Shown here in pieces: positions 8,887 to 18,699 of a stretch of 64,000 nt of DNA (positions are counted from its first letter, which is position 1; every line of letters begins with the position of its first letter). Origin of the DNA: an uncultured Candidatus Saccharibacteria bacterium (GTDB lineage: Bacteria > Patescibacteriota > Minisyncoccia > CAIUEV01 > JAHKAQ01); assembly GCA_964598205.1 (NCBI GenBank), contig CAZRBB010000005.1, positions 5,721 through 69,720 on the forward strand. The letters run 5' to 3'. The translations under genes were made by a program, and so were the position numbers. The notes below the pieces were generated by a model. That model was not told where the DNA came from. It ran no database searches and saw only the letters and a program-made list of their open reading frames with translations.

Positions 8887-11610
8887 TTATTGTTTTTTTC
8901 CGCAACACTTCTTATATTTCTTTCCCGATCCGCAGGGACAAGGACTGTTGCGACTTACTTTTGGAGTAAAATTAGCTCCAACATTAACACTAGCCGCTTC
9001 TGCGGTATCCTTTCCGGGAACGCCCTTTAATTCTAGTTTAGAAGGAGGAGGTAGAATATTTTTTTCTTCTTCCTCTTTTCCCTTAACCATTATTTCTGTT
9101 TTAAAAAGCGCTTCTACGGAAGAAAAAAGAACACTACTAAAAAAGTTTTGGAACATTTCAAAACCATCTTTTTTGTATTCCACCAAAGGATCTCTCTGAC
9201 CATATCCGCGAAGTCCAATTCCTTCTCGTAAATGTTGCATATTATCCAAATGCTCCATCCATAAAAGATCAGAATTTTTTAGAATAATCACCCGCTCCAA
9301 ACTGCGAAAAACACTGGCGCCAAACTTCTCTTCTTTCTCTTTGTAAAGAGAAAGAACATAGTCATTAATTGTCTTTTTGATTTCTTTAATTTTTTCTTCA
9401 CCACTAAAATGCGAATCATTAAAAATCTTCTCTAACTTTTCTTCTAAATCTTCTTTGGCATTAAAAACAGCCCGACAGTTTTCTTTGATTTCCCCTAAAT
9501 TCCAGGAGCGTTCTTCTTCTCCTAGGGTATGCGCCTTAACAACTCTCCCTACTACTTCTTTGATCATACCTAAAACATCTTCCTTCTGTAATAATCCTAA
9601 AAGATTTTCCCTTCGTTTTTGGTAAACTACTTCCCGTTGGCGGTTAATTACATCGTCGTATTCCAAAACATGCTTTCTAATATCAAAGTTAAAACCTTCA
9701 ATTTTTTTCTGCGCTGATTCTATGGAACGATTTACAATTTTATTTTGAATCGGCTGGTCTTCTGGTAGCCCCAAAGCATCCATCATTTGCTTTATCTTTT
9801 CTGAACCAAACCGTTTCATTAATTCATCTTCCAAGGAAACATAGAATTGCGAACTCCCAGGATCTCCTTGCCGACCAGCACGACCACGAAGCTGATCGTC
9901 TATTCGCCGTGCTTCGTGTCGCTCCGTTCCAATAATATGTAGTCCTCCCAAAGAAGCTACGCCCTCTTCTAGCTTAATATCTGTTCCTCGACCGGCCATA
10001 TTAGTAGCCAAAGTGATTGCTCCCTTTTCTCCCGCTTTGGCAATAATTAACGCTTCTTTTTCGTGATTCTTAGCGTTTAGGATTTCGTAATCCAACCCTT
10101 CTCGCAAAAGATACTCAGCCAGTTCTTCTGATTTTTCTACCGAAATAGTTCCCACCAAAACTGGTTGACCTTTTTTATTTCTTTTTTTGATTTCCTTAGC
10201 AATTGCTTCCATTTTCCCATGCTCGCTTTTGTATATTTTGTCTGAAAAATCTTGTCTTACCATTGGCCGATTGGTGGGAATAGAAAGAACGTCTAGTTTA
10301 TAGACCTTAAAAAGTTCTTCAGCAGAAGTCATTGCCGTTCCGGTCATTCCCGCTAATTTTTTATAAAGCCGAAAATAATTCTGAAAAGTGATTGTGGCCA
10401 GTGTTCGACTTTCTTTTTGGATCGCCACTCCTTCTTTTGCTTCTAGTGCTTGATGCAACCCCTCAGAAAAACGCCGTCCAGGCATTAAGCGACCAGTAAA
10501 ATCGTCTACAATAATCACTTCTCCTTCTTGCACCACATATTGCTTGTCTCTTTTAAAAATAGCGTGCGCTTTTAATGCTTGATTCAAATGGTGTACAAAC
10601 CGCATATTCTCCGCAGCGTACATATTACTAATACCCAATTTCTTTTCGATTTTCTCCATACCGCTTTCCGAAAGAGAAACCGCCTGCATTTTTTCGTCTA
10701 AATTGTAGTCCTTTTCCGGGATTAAAATCGGCACTACCTTGGCAAACTTAAGATAAAGTTTGTTAGATTCTTCGTCTGCGGCAGAAATAATTAAAGGCGT
10801 TCGCGCCTCGTCTATTAAAATACTGTCTACTTCGTCTACAATGGCAAAATTCAAATAATCTTTTTTAAAAAAGCCTTCTTTTTTTTCATCCTTTTTTTGT
10901 CGCTTCTCTTCTTCTTCTTTTAAAAGTCCCAAGTCTCTCACTTGAACCATTTGCGCCAAATCTAAAACCATATTGTCTCGCAGGTAATCAAAGCCAAATT
11001 CATTATTAGTCCCATAAGTAATATCGGCCGCATAAGCTTCTCCGCGAGGCACTGCTCTTAAATTATCGTACTCAATACTCACCTCTTCTTGATCCGATTT
11101 AACTAAGGAGGAATATAAGTAAGCAGTATCGTGCTGAACACAACCTACCGAAAGCCCTAAAAAAGAATAAACGGCTCCCATCCAATTAGTATCCCGCCTA
11201 GCCAAGTAATCGTTCACCGTAATTATGTGCACTCCCCTTCCTTCTAGGGCGTTTAGGTAAACAGCAAAAACAGCGGCTAAAGTCTTTCCTTCACCGGTTT
11301 TCATTTCTGTGATTTTCCCCTGATGCAATCCTATTCCTCCCATAATTTGTGCATCGAATGCCCGCTGACCAATTGCCCGCTTGGCTCCTTCTCGGCAAAC
11401 AGCAAAAGCCCCTGGAAGAATTTCGTCTAGCGTCTTTCCTTTTCTTATTTGCTCCTTTAATTCAAAAGTTTTAGAACGCAGTTCGTTGTCGGAAAGCTTT
11501 ATTAAATCAGCTTCTAGTCCATTTATCCTTTCAACCAAAACTTTTATTTTCTTTATTTCTTGATTGTTGGAATCAACAAAAATATTCTGGATTTTTTTTA
11601 AAAAATTCAT
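8887..11610 (-). CDS. secA: Preprotein translocase ATPase SecA
   Basis: 907 aa with DEAD-like motor motifs and a C-terminal zinc-binding tail CPCGSGKKYKKCCGKKQ. Confidence 0.95.
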   Translation of the reverse strand: MNFLKKIQNIFVDSNNQEIKKIKVLVERINGLEADLIKLSDNELRSKTFELKEQIRKGKTLDEILPGAFAVCREGAKRAIGQRAFDAQIMGGIGLHQGKITEMKTGEGKTLAAVFAVYLNALEGRGVHIITVNDYLARRDTNWMGAVYSFLGLSVGCVQHDTAYLYSSLVKSDQEEVSIEYDNLRAVPRGEAYAADITYGTNNEFGFDYLRDNMVLDLAQMVQVRDLGLLKEEEEKRQKKDEKKEGFFKKDYLNFAIVDEVDSILIDEARTPLIISAADEESNKLYLKFAKVVPILIPEKDYNLDEKMQAVSLSESGMEKIEKKLGISNMYAAENMRFVHHLNQALKAHAIFKRDKQYVVQEGEVIIVDDFTGRLMPGRRFSEGLHQALEAKEGVAIQKESRTLATITFQNYFRLYKKLAGMTGTAMTSAEELFKVYKLDVLSIPTNRPMVRQDFSDKIYKSEHGKMEAIAKEIKKRNKKGQPVLVGTISVEKSEELAEYLLREGLDYEILNAKNHEKEALIIAKAGEKGAITLATNMAGRGTDIKLEEGVASLGGLHIIGTERHEARRIDDQLRGRAGRQGDPGSSQFYVSLEDELMKRFGSEKIKQMMDALGLPEDQPIQNKIVNRSIESAQKKIEGFNFDIRKHVLEYDDVINRQREVVYQKRRENLLGLLQKEDVLGMIKEVVGRVVKAHTLGEEERSWNLGEIKENCRAVFNAKEDLEEKLEKIFNDSHFSGEEKIKEIKKTINDYVLSLYKEKEEKFGASVFRSLERVIILKNSDLLWMEHLDNMQHLREGIGLRGYGQRDPLVEYKKDGFEMFQNFFSSVLFSSVEALFKTEIMVKGKEEEEKNILPPPSKLELKGVPGKDTAEAASVNVGANFTPKVSRNSPCPCGSGKKYKKCCGKKQ

Positions 11611-11617
11611 AATTTTA

Positions 11618-11971
11618 TTAAAAACGAGCCCCCTTATCTATGGAGAAGAGTTTTTTTAGGCTCAAAGTTCCCCTCTTAAAAAGAGTTCTTTTCTTTTTTT
11701 GTTCTTTATTAATTTGCGATTTTAGTTGCTCAACCACTAAATCCCCGGCTACTTCTACAACTTCCGCCTTCTCTCTGGCCAAATAATGCTGACCAGATCC
11801 CCTAATCTGCATTTCCACTAGAAAAAAACCCTGCTTGTCTTTCTCTACCTCTATTTCTAAAATTTCTTCCTTATTCTTAAAAAATTTTTCTAACTTCTGA
11901 ATTTTTTCTTCTAAATAAGTCTTGTTTTTATCCGAAAGCACAACTCCCTTTTGGCGATACTTGATTTGCAT
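11618..11971 (-). CDS. hpf: Ribosome hibernation promoting factor / RaiA family protein
   Basis: 117 aa, MQIKYRQKGVVLSDKNKTYLEEKIQKLEKFF... is a typical YfiA/HPF beta-alpha-beta-beta-beta-alpha fold sequence. Confidence 0.8.
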   Translation of the reverse strand: MQIKYRQKGVVLSDKNKTYLEEKIQKLEKFFKNKEEILEIEVEKDKQGFFLVEMQIRGSGQHYLAREKAEVVEVAGDLVVEQLKSQINKEQKKKRTLFKRGTLSLKKLFSIDKGARF

Positions 11972-12078
11972 GGCGGTTTCTTAATATTTATTTCTATAGT
12001 TCTTAGGACTTACGCATTTGGTATAGCAGACCCTAATTTATTCTACTTGTTTTTCTTGGTAAAGCAATTCATCCAATT

Positions 12079-12400
12079 TTGAATTTCGAATCAACAGTTT
12101 TGATTCATAGCTTTTCTGAACCAATGTTCTTCTCCCAGTTCGTTCGTCCTCGACCAGGACTCGCTCCGCCTTGTTCCTGTTTTACTTTACCTAAAAAGCT
12201 TAAGACTTTAGAGACTAGAAGAATAACTGTTTCAAGCAGAATTGAGTTGTTTCTGCTTGAAACAGTTATTCTTCTAGTCTCTTTCTGTTGTGGGAACAAG
12301 GAGCCTCCTCTAAGAACATTGTTTCAGAAAAGCTTGATTCATAATTCTTTATTCAAAATTATTTCGAAATTCAAAATTAGTCATTCGTAATTAAATAATG
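12079..12400. repeat. Large palindromic intergenic element copy A (~320 bp) with a central perfect 31-bp-stem hairpin
   Basis: The hairpin gagactagaagaataactgtttcaagcagaa-ttgagttgtt-ttctgcttgaaacagttattcttctagtctc lies at ~12221-12292. The flanking arms are mutually reverse-complementary. A second copy is at 18700-19035. The ORFs 12079..12390 and 12105..12299 on this element are probably spurious. Confidence 0.8.
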
Positions 12401-12431
12401 TATACTTGCTTGGTTTTTATTAAGAAAAATC

Positions 12432-15248
12432 ATGAAAAAAATCGTTATTCAAGGAGCCAGAGAAAATAACTTAAAAAATATCAGTTTAGAGTTGCCTCGA
12501 GGCAAGTTTATTGCTTTTACGGGTGTTTCCGGTTCCGGCAAATCCACTCTAGCCTTAGACACCATTTTTGCCGAAGGTCAAAGAAGATACCTAGAAAGTC
12601 TTTCTAGTTACGCTCGGCAATTTTTAGGGCAAATGGACAAGCCAGATGTAGATTTAATAGACGGCCTTTCTCCCGCCATTTCTATTAGCCAAAAAACTGC
12701 CGGTGGCAATCCTCGCTCTACCGTTGGTACCGTAACCGAAATCTACGATTATCTGCGACTTCTTTTTGCCAAAGCAGGAACACCCCATTGCCTTTTTTGC
12801 GGAAAAGAAATCAAAAAAATCTCTAGCGACGAAATGCTCTGTGAAATCCTAGATCAATTCCCAGAAAAAGAAACCTTAGAAATTTACGCCCCAATCGTCC
12901 GTGGTCGCAAAGGAGAATACCAAGGACTCTTAGAAAATCTTTACCGAGAAGGTTACGAAGAAGCACTTGTTAATGGTCGCGTCTTTAAACTTTCCGCTCA
13001 TCGATTTGCCAACCTGGACCGTCATAGCCGTCATCGCATAGAAGTTTTGGTAGACAGACTAGAACTTGAACCCGGTAACTTAGAACGGCTAAACGAAAAT
13101 GTTGAGCAAGCACTAAAGCTAGCAGGAGGAACTGTTACTATTAAAAACAAAGAAAAAACAGCAACCTTTAATCGCAATCAAATCTGCCCCGATTGTAACT
13201 ACAGTTCGCCAGAAATTGAACCCCGCTCTTTCTCCTTCAACAGTCCATACGGCGCCTGCCCCGACTGTGACGGATTAGGAAGAAAACTAGAACTTTCCGA
13301 AAAATTAATTATTCCCGATTACACAAAAACTATTGGCCAAGGCGGTCTTTTGCCTTGGAGCTACCGAACAGGTAATTGGATTGCTTCTATTATTAACGCC
13401 GTGACCCAAGAATTAAAAATTTCTACTCACGATCGCTTAAAAGACATTCCCGCTCACAAGATGGAACGCCTATTAAAAGGCGACGAAGAACCAATCTTAA
13501 TCAAAGTTCGCCTTCATAGTCACCATCAACGAATTTGGCGCTTTCGTTTTTCTGGATTGCTAAATTATTTAGAAAAACGACACCTAGAAACCGATTCCGA
13601 AAAAGTAAGAAAAGAAATAGAAAAATACATGATTCGCCGAGTTTGCCCCGCCTGCCAAGGAGCCCGACTTAAAAAAGAAAGTCTCTTGGTTAAAATTGGT
13701 GGAAAAAACATTAGCCAAGTAACTGAATTTTCCATTCAAGAAGCCGTTAAGTTTTTTAGTGATTTAAAATTAACCAAAACTCAAGCAGCTATTGCCAAGA
13801 GTATTAATAAAGAAATTCAAAACCGACTTTCTTTCTTAGAAAATGTTGGCTTGTCTTACCTTTCACTAAGCCGCGCTTCTAATACCCTTTCCGGCGGCGA
13901 ATCTCAACGCATCCGCTTAGCCAGTCAAATCGGTGCTGGACTAACCGGCGTACTTTATATCTTAGACGAGCCGTCTATTGGTCTTCATGCCAAAGACAAT
14001 CAAAAATTACTCACAACTCTTCACCATTTACGCGATCTAGAAAATACCGTCATTGTAATTGAACACGACGAAGAAACTATTCTAAGTGCCGACTGGCTCA
14101 CAGATATTGGTCCAGAAGCCGGAAAAAAAGGTGGCAATATCGTGGTTAACGCCCCTCTAAAAAAAGCACTAAAAAATTCTGATTCGCTTACCGTCCGCTA
14201 TTTGACCGGTGAAGAAAAAATTGCCGTTCCCGCCACTCGTCGTCGAAAAGGAAAAAATATTTTAAAAGTAGTAGAAGCCGAAGAACATAACTTAAGAAAG
14301 ATTAGTCCAGAAATCCCGCTTGGTTCGTTTACGGTTGTTACTGGAGTTTCTGGTTCCGGCAAGTCTACCTTGGTCAACGAAATTATTTACAAAACACTTG
14401 CCCGCCATTTTTACCGATCCTTAGAACAGCCGGGGCGATGCAAAGAAATCAAAGGATTGCACCATTTAAAAAAAGTAATCAATGTTGATCAATCTCCTAT
14501 TGGTCGCACTCCCCGATCCAACCCGGCCACTTACACCAAGGTCTTTACCCCTATTCGGGAACTTTTTGCCCAAACCAAAGATGCCCGCCAAAAAGGTTTT
14601 GGACCAGGAAGGTTTAGTTTTAATGTTAACGGCGGTCGTTGTGAAAATTGCAAAGGAGAAGGGTTTCTTAAAGTATCTATGCAGTTTTTGCCAGATGTTT
14701 ACCTACCCTGCGATATTTGCCAGGGACAACGCTTTAAAAAGGAAACTCTAAAAATCCATTACCGAGGAAAAAACATTGCCGAAGTTCTAGGAATGACTGT
14801 AACCGAAGCTTTTGAATTTTTTCACGACATCCCTCAAATTGCCGATATTCTAAAAGTAATCGACGAAGTTGGTCTGGGATATATTCAATTAGGACAAGCA
14901 GCCACCACTCTTTCTGGAGGCGAAGCCCAGCGAGTTAAGCTAGCTTCGGAGCTGGCTAAAAGAAGTGTTGGTCAAACACTCTACATTTTAGACGAACCGA
15001 CTACGGGTCTTCACTTTGAAGATATTAAAAAATTACTTTCAGTTTTACAAAAACTAACCGATCAAAACAACACCGTCTTGGTTATTGAGCATAACTTAGA
15101 TGTAATTAAATCTGCCGATTGGATTATTGATCTTGGTCCCGAAGGAGGCAAGCAAGGCGGAAAGATCATTGCCCAAGGATCGCCAGAAGAAATCATTAAG
15201 TATCCCGAAAGTGCTACCGGCCAATTCTTAAAAGAAAAATTAGTTTAA
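12432..15248 (+). CDS. uvrA: Excinuclease ABC subunit A
   Basis: 938 aa with two ABC ATPase modules (GVSGSGKST twice), LSGGE signatures and zinc-finger Cys pairs. Confidence 0.95.
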   Translation: MKKIVIQGARENNLKNISLELPRGKFIAFTGVSGSGKSTLALDTIFAEGQRRYLESLSSYARQFLGQMDKPDVDLIDGLSPAISISQKTAGGNPRSTVGTVTEIYDYLRLLFAKAGTPHCLFCGKEIKKISSDEMLCEILDQFPEKETLEIYAPIVRGRKGEYQGLLENLYREGYEEALVNGRVFKLSAHRFANLDRHSRHRIEVLVDRLELEPGNLERLNENVEQALKLAGGTVTIKNKEKTATFNRNQICPDCNYSSPEIEPRSFSFNSPYGACPDCDGLGRKLELSEKLIIPDYTKTIGQGGLLPWSYRTGNWIASIINAVTQELKISTHDRLKDIPAHKMERLLKGDEEPILIKVRLHSHHQRIWRFRFSGLLNYLEKRHLETDSEKVRKEIEKYMIRRVCPACQGARLKKESLLVKIGGKNISQVTEFSIQEAVKFFSDLKLTKTQAAIAKSINKEIQNRLSFLENVGLSYLSLSRASNTLSGGESQRIRLASQIGAGLTGVLYILDEPSIGLHAKDNQKLLTTLHHLRDLENTVIVIEHDEETILSADWLTDIGPEAGKKGGNIVVNAPLKKALKNSDSLTVRYLTGEEKIAVPATRRRKGKNILKVVEAEEHNLRKISPEIPLGSFTVVTGVSGSGKSTLVNEIIYKTLARHFYRSLEQPGRCKEIKGLHHLKKVINVDQSPIGRTPRSNPATYTKVFTPIRELFAQTKDARQKGFGPGRFSFNVNGGRCENCKGEGFLKVSMQFLPDVYLPCDICQGQRFKKETLKIHYRGKNIAEVLGMTVTEAFEFFHDIPQIADILKVIDEVGLGYIQLGQAATTLSGGEAQRVKLASELAKRSVGQTLYILDEPTTGLHFEDIKKLLSVLQKLTDQNNTVLVIEHNLDVIKSADWIIDLGPEGGKQGGKIIAQGSPEEIIKYPESATGQFLKEKLV

Positions 15249-15250
15249 AA

Positions 15251-15505
15251 TCTAAATCTAAAACCCCAAAGTCAATATTCTCTTTTAGACAATAGCTCCC
15301 AAGAGACTCGCTTGGGCAGACAAGGCTCTGAGTCTGCCTACGCGAGTCTCTTGGGAGCTATTGAAGCTTAAAATAATATTTGAGGACTAAGGATATATCT
15401 GTTCAGAAGACTAAGAGCCTTGTCTTCTGAACAGATATATCCTTAGTCCTCTTTCCATAATAAAAGCATCTCAAAAGAATATTGGTTTTTGGGGTTTTAG
15501 ATTAT
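15251..15505. repeat. Nested palindromic element: an outer inverted repeat enclosing two perfect hairpins
   Basis: The outer arms are aatctaaaaccccaaagtcaatattctctttt (15255-15286) and aaaagaatattggtttttggggttttagatta (15473-15505). Inner hairpin 1 spans 15294-15359 with an 18-bp stem (agctcccaagagactcgc). Inner hairpin 2 spans 15382-15451 with a perfect 30-bp stem (gaggactaaggatatatctgttcagaagac). Confidence 0.8.
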
Positions 15506-15568
15506 TGCGCTTTTTTGCTATAATTTACCCGCAAGAATTAATCGTCGATTAAAATAAAAACACAGTTA

Positions 15569-15943
15569 ATGTTTCATTTTTTCTCTTTTTATCTTTCTTC
15601 TGTTTCCGAGACTGCTTCTTCTTGGATTGTCTCTTTTTTGTTCTTTTGGCTTGTAGAAGCTCCTCGCCGTTTTTGGGAAAAAGCAATTGCCATGTCCTTG
15701 GTTTTTGAAAAGTCTTGGGCCACCTATATTACTTTTAGAAATTTATTCGCCCCTCTTTATCAAGATTACTCAATAATCGGTCGAATAATTGGTCCATTTT
15801 TTAGATTAGGACGCATTGTCATTGGCATCTTGATCCATTTATTGCTCCTTTTATTTTGGCTTTTTTCGTTCCTTATTTTTTGCTTGGTGCTTTGGGGATC
15901 GCCGATTTTCTTTTTGATCAATCTTTTTATCTGGAATCAATAA
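15569..15943 (+). CDS. Hypothetical small polytopic membrane protein
   Basis: 124 aa, very hydrophobic with about 3-4 predicted TM segments. It lies immediately upstream of, and abuts, the Clp-like gene. Confidence 0.4.
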   Translation: MFHFFSFYLSSVSETASSWIVSFLFFWLVEAPRRFWEKAIAMSLVFEKSWATYITFRNLFAPLYQDYSIIGRIIGPFFRLGRIVIGILIHLLLLLFWLFSFLIFCLVLWGSPIFFLINLFIWNQ

Positions 15944-18676
15944 ATGAGTATTGAAAAAACAAAAAATAAAACAAAAGAGTTTTCTTGTTCTTCTTGCCAA
16001 GGAACCGGTCGTGCTGGTCAAACCGAAGGAACTTGCCCCAATTGTAATGGCAAAGGTTTTTACCAAAAAATCCGCGGATTGGTTCTTTTTTGGGGAAAAA
16101 AACAAAAAGGAATCCCTAGTGTAATTCAAAAATCATTAGAAAAAACTGCCGAAACAATAGAAATTATTATTTTTGTTTTAGGAACACTGTTTATTTTCTT
16201 GGGAGCAATTAATCTTTGGGACAATCTGAAAGCTCACGACAGTATTCTCTTTGATTTGAATCTATTTTTTGACATTTTTTTTGCAGGCTACGCCACCGCC
16301 CCTCTCTGGTTGGGAATATTTCTTCTTTTGGTTCTTTATTTTCATCGGTTCGTTTTTAGAAAGCCCAATCCTATTAACGCCAAAAATCCTTTTTACCGTT
16401 ATCTTTTAGCTGAAAACCCATTCTCCCAAGACAAAAAACAAACACCAAAAGCACTAGATATTTCCACTTCCGCTTCTAAAAATATTATTAAAATCCTCGC
16501 CGATTCATTAAATCTAGCTTTTAGGCGTCAACAAAAACCAGAACTTACTCATTTGCTTTTTGCCCTTATTCAAAAAAAAGAAATCCAGTCCGTCTTTTAT
16601 AAATTAGAAATTCCACCATTAGAATTCATTGAAGAGGCCTTAAAAAAATCTGCCGGATTCACACCGGAAAATTTTTTTCTACTTCCTAAAGAATATAAAA
16701 AAATTCTTTTAAGATCTTTCTGGGAAGCAGTAAGAAACGAAGACGAGACCATTCTCCCGGAACATCTTTTGGCGGCACTAGTCGATGAAAAAGACTTCAA
16801 ATTGGTCTTAAACCGCTTTGGGGTCACTGTAGAAGATTTTCGTAATGTTATTTTTTGGATCAAGTATCAAAAAAAGAGAACCGAAGGATTCCTAGAAGAA
16901 GACTCTTTTCGTCGACCACCGCATAGAATAATGAACAAAAGCTGGAGTGCCGTAATGACCAAAACCTTAGACGCTTTTTCCACGGATATCACCGACTACG
17001 CCCGAGCAGGATTGCTTTTCCCAATTGCCAACCGAGTAGAAGAAATTAGATCCTTAATTCAAATTCTAGAAAGAAGGAGTCGCAACAATGCCCTTCTAAT
17101 TGGAGAAGAAGGCAGCGGCAGAGAAACATTGGTCAGAGGCTTGGCCCAGAAAGTAGTTCGAGGAAAAATATCTGGATCACTTTTTGACAAACGAATCGTC
17201 AAGCTAAACTTGGCCAGCCTTGGTAGCGGTTTAGGATCTGATGGTGGTCTTCTTAAAAATAGGATCGAAGTTATTATGAGAGAAATAATCCACACCCAGA
17301 ATGTTATCCTTTATATTCCAGAAATTCACGAACTAGCCAAGGTAACTAGTTTTTCTTCTTTCGATATTCTTAGCTACCTAGCGCCGCTTTTCTCTCAAAG
17401 CATTATCCAAGTGATTGGTTCTACTTCCCAAGAATACTATCACGACTACTTAGAACCACGAGGAGAATTTGCTCAAATGTTCGACATTATTAAAATACCA
17501 GAACTCTCCTTGGACGCATCTCTTAAAGCAGTTTCTCTACGCGTACCACTCTTGGAAAGACAAGAAGGAGTTTCTATTTCTTACCGTGCCGCCGAAGAAG
17601 CCGTGAAAAAATCTGCTAGATACATTACCGACCGACTCCTTCCTCAAAAAGCCATAGACATTTTAGCCGAGGCGGTAGTTAGAAGTAAAAACATTAAAGG
17701 ACAAGGCTTTGTTACAGAACAAGAAGTCCAAGAAGTTTTTTCCGAAAAGACCGGTATTCCACTAACCGCCATGAAAGAAAACGAAGCCGATGAACTTTTG
17801 CTTTTAGAAGAAAAAATAAGAAAACAAGTAATCGGTCAAGAAAGAGCAGTCTCCGATGTTTCGGCCGCTATTCGCCGTGCCCGCGTAAGGATCGGAGAAA
17901 TAGAACGACCCATTGCCGTCTTTTTATTTGTTGGACCAACAGGTGTTGGTAAAACGGAATTAGCCAAAGCACTTGCCGAAATTTATTTCGGCGCCAAAGA
18001 AAAAATGATTCGCCTAGACATGAGCGAATTCGCCACTCCCTACGACATTGAAAGACTACTGGGCAATACTGGCGGTTCCGTCTCTGGACTCTTAACCGAA
18101 CAAGTTCGCAAAAGCCCCTTCTCCTTAGTCCTTTTAGATGAATTTGAAAAAGCTTCTTCTAATATTTGGGACCTCTTTTTACAAATCTTCGATGACGGCC
18201 GAATCACAGACGGTATGGGAAGAGTGGTCAACTTTACCAACACCATTATTATTGCCACTTCCAATGTTGGCAGTCGGCAAATTCTAGAAAACTTAGCTCA
18301 AGGAGGATCGCAAGAATCTATTCAAGAATTAGTTCAAAAAGAACTCCTCACCGTTTTCCGACCAGAATTTATTAATCGCTTTGACGATGTAGTAACTTTT
18401 AATCCGCTTTCCAAAGACAATATTAAAGAAGTTTCTCTTTTGGAAATTAAAAACTTAAACCAGCGACTTGGCGAAGAACAAGGATTAACCGTTGTCTTGG
18501 CCGAAGATGCACTAGACCATTTAGCAGAAATCGGCTATAGTCCCAAGTTCGGTGCCCGCTTCTTAAAACGCTTAATGAGAGAGAAAATAGAAGACGCTCT
18601 GGTAGTAGGAATCCTAAAGAATCAATACCCGCGGGGCAGCGTCGTTACAATTACGAAAGAACAGCTAGTAAAGTAG
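15944..18676 (+). CDS. Membrane-anchored Clp/Hsp100-family AAA+ protein with an N-terminal DnaJ-type CxxCxGxG zinc finger, a degenerate D1 domain and an intact D2 domain
   Basis: The N-terminus carries CSSCQGTGRAGQTEGTCPNCNGKGF, followed by two hydrophobic TM segments and a Clp_N-like repeat. The D1 domain reads LLIGEEGSGRETLV, where Walker A K/T are replaced, and ILYIPEIHEL, where the Walker B Asp is Pro. The D2 domain has GPTGVGKTELAKALA, LLDEFEKA and NTIIIATSN. No M-domain or IGF loop was seen. Confidence 0.8.
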   Translation: MSIEKTKNKTKEFSCSSCQGTGRAGQTEGTCPNCNGKGFYQKIRGLVLFWGKKQKGIPSVIQKSLEKTAETIEIIIFVLGTLFIFLGAINLWDNLKAHDSILFDLNLFFDIFFAGYATAPLWLGIFLLLVLYFHRFVFRKPNPINAKNPFYRYLLAENPFSQDKKQTPKALDISTSASKNIIKILADSLNLAFRRQQKPELTHLLFALIQKKEIQSVFYKLEIPPLEFIEEALKKSAGFTPENFFLLPKEYKKILLRSFWEAVRNEDETILPEHLLAALVDEKDFKLVLNRFGVTVEDFRNVIFWIKYQKKRTEGFLEEDSFRRPPHRIMNKSWSAVMTKTLDAFSTDITDYARAGLLFPIANRVEEIRSLIQILERRSRNNALLIGEEGSGRETLVRGLAQKVVRGKISGSLFDKRIVKLNLASLGSGLGSDGGLLKNRIEVIMREIIHTQNVILYIPEIHELAKVTSFSSFDILSYLAPLFSQSIIQVIGSTSQEYYHDYLEPRGEFAQMFDIIKIPELSLDASLKAVSLRVPLLERQEGVSISYRAAEEAVKKSARYITDRLLPQKAIDILAEAVVRSKNIKGQGFVTEQEVQEVFSEKTGIPLTAMKENEADELLLLEEKIRKQVIGQERAVSDVSAAIRRARVRIGEIERPIAVFLFVGPTGVGKTELAKALAEIYFGAKEKMIRLDMSEFATPYDIERLLGNTGGSVSGLLTEQVRKSPFSLVLLDEFEKASSNIWDLFLQIFDDGRITDGMGRVVNFTNTIIIATSNVGSRQILENLAQGGSQESIQELVQKELLTVFRPEFINRFDDVVTFNPLSKDNIKEVSLLEIKNLNQRLGEEQGLTVVLAEDALDHLAEIGYSPKFGARFLKRLMREKIEDALVVGILKNQYPRGSVVTITKEQLVK

Positions 18677-18699
18677 CTTCACTTAATTATTTTTAGACA

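Noticed and set aside
8858-9199. 113-aa plus-strand ORF overlapping the secA 3' end
   Set aside because: It is antisense to the SecA C-terminal region, so it is spurious.
12079-12390. ORFs 12079..12390 (+) and 12105..12299 (-) called as proteins
   Set aside because: Both lie on the palindromic repeat element, and their reading frames arise from the palindrome. The second copy at 18700-19035 does not preserve either frame.
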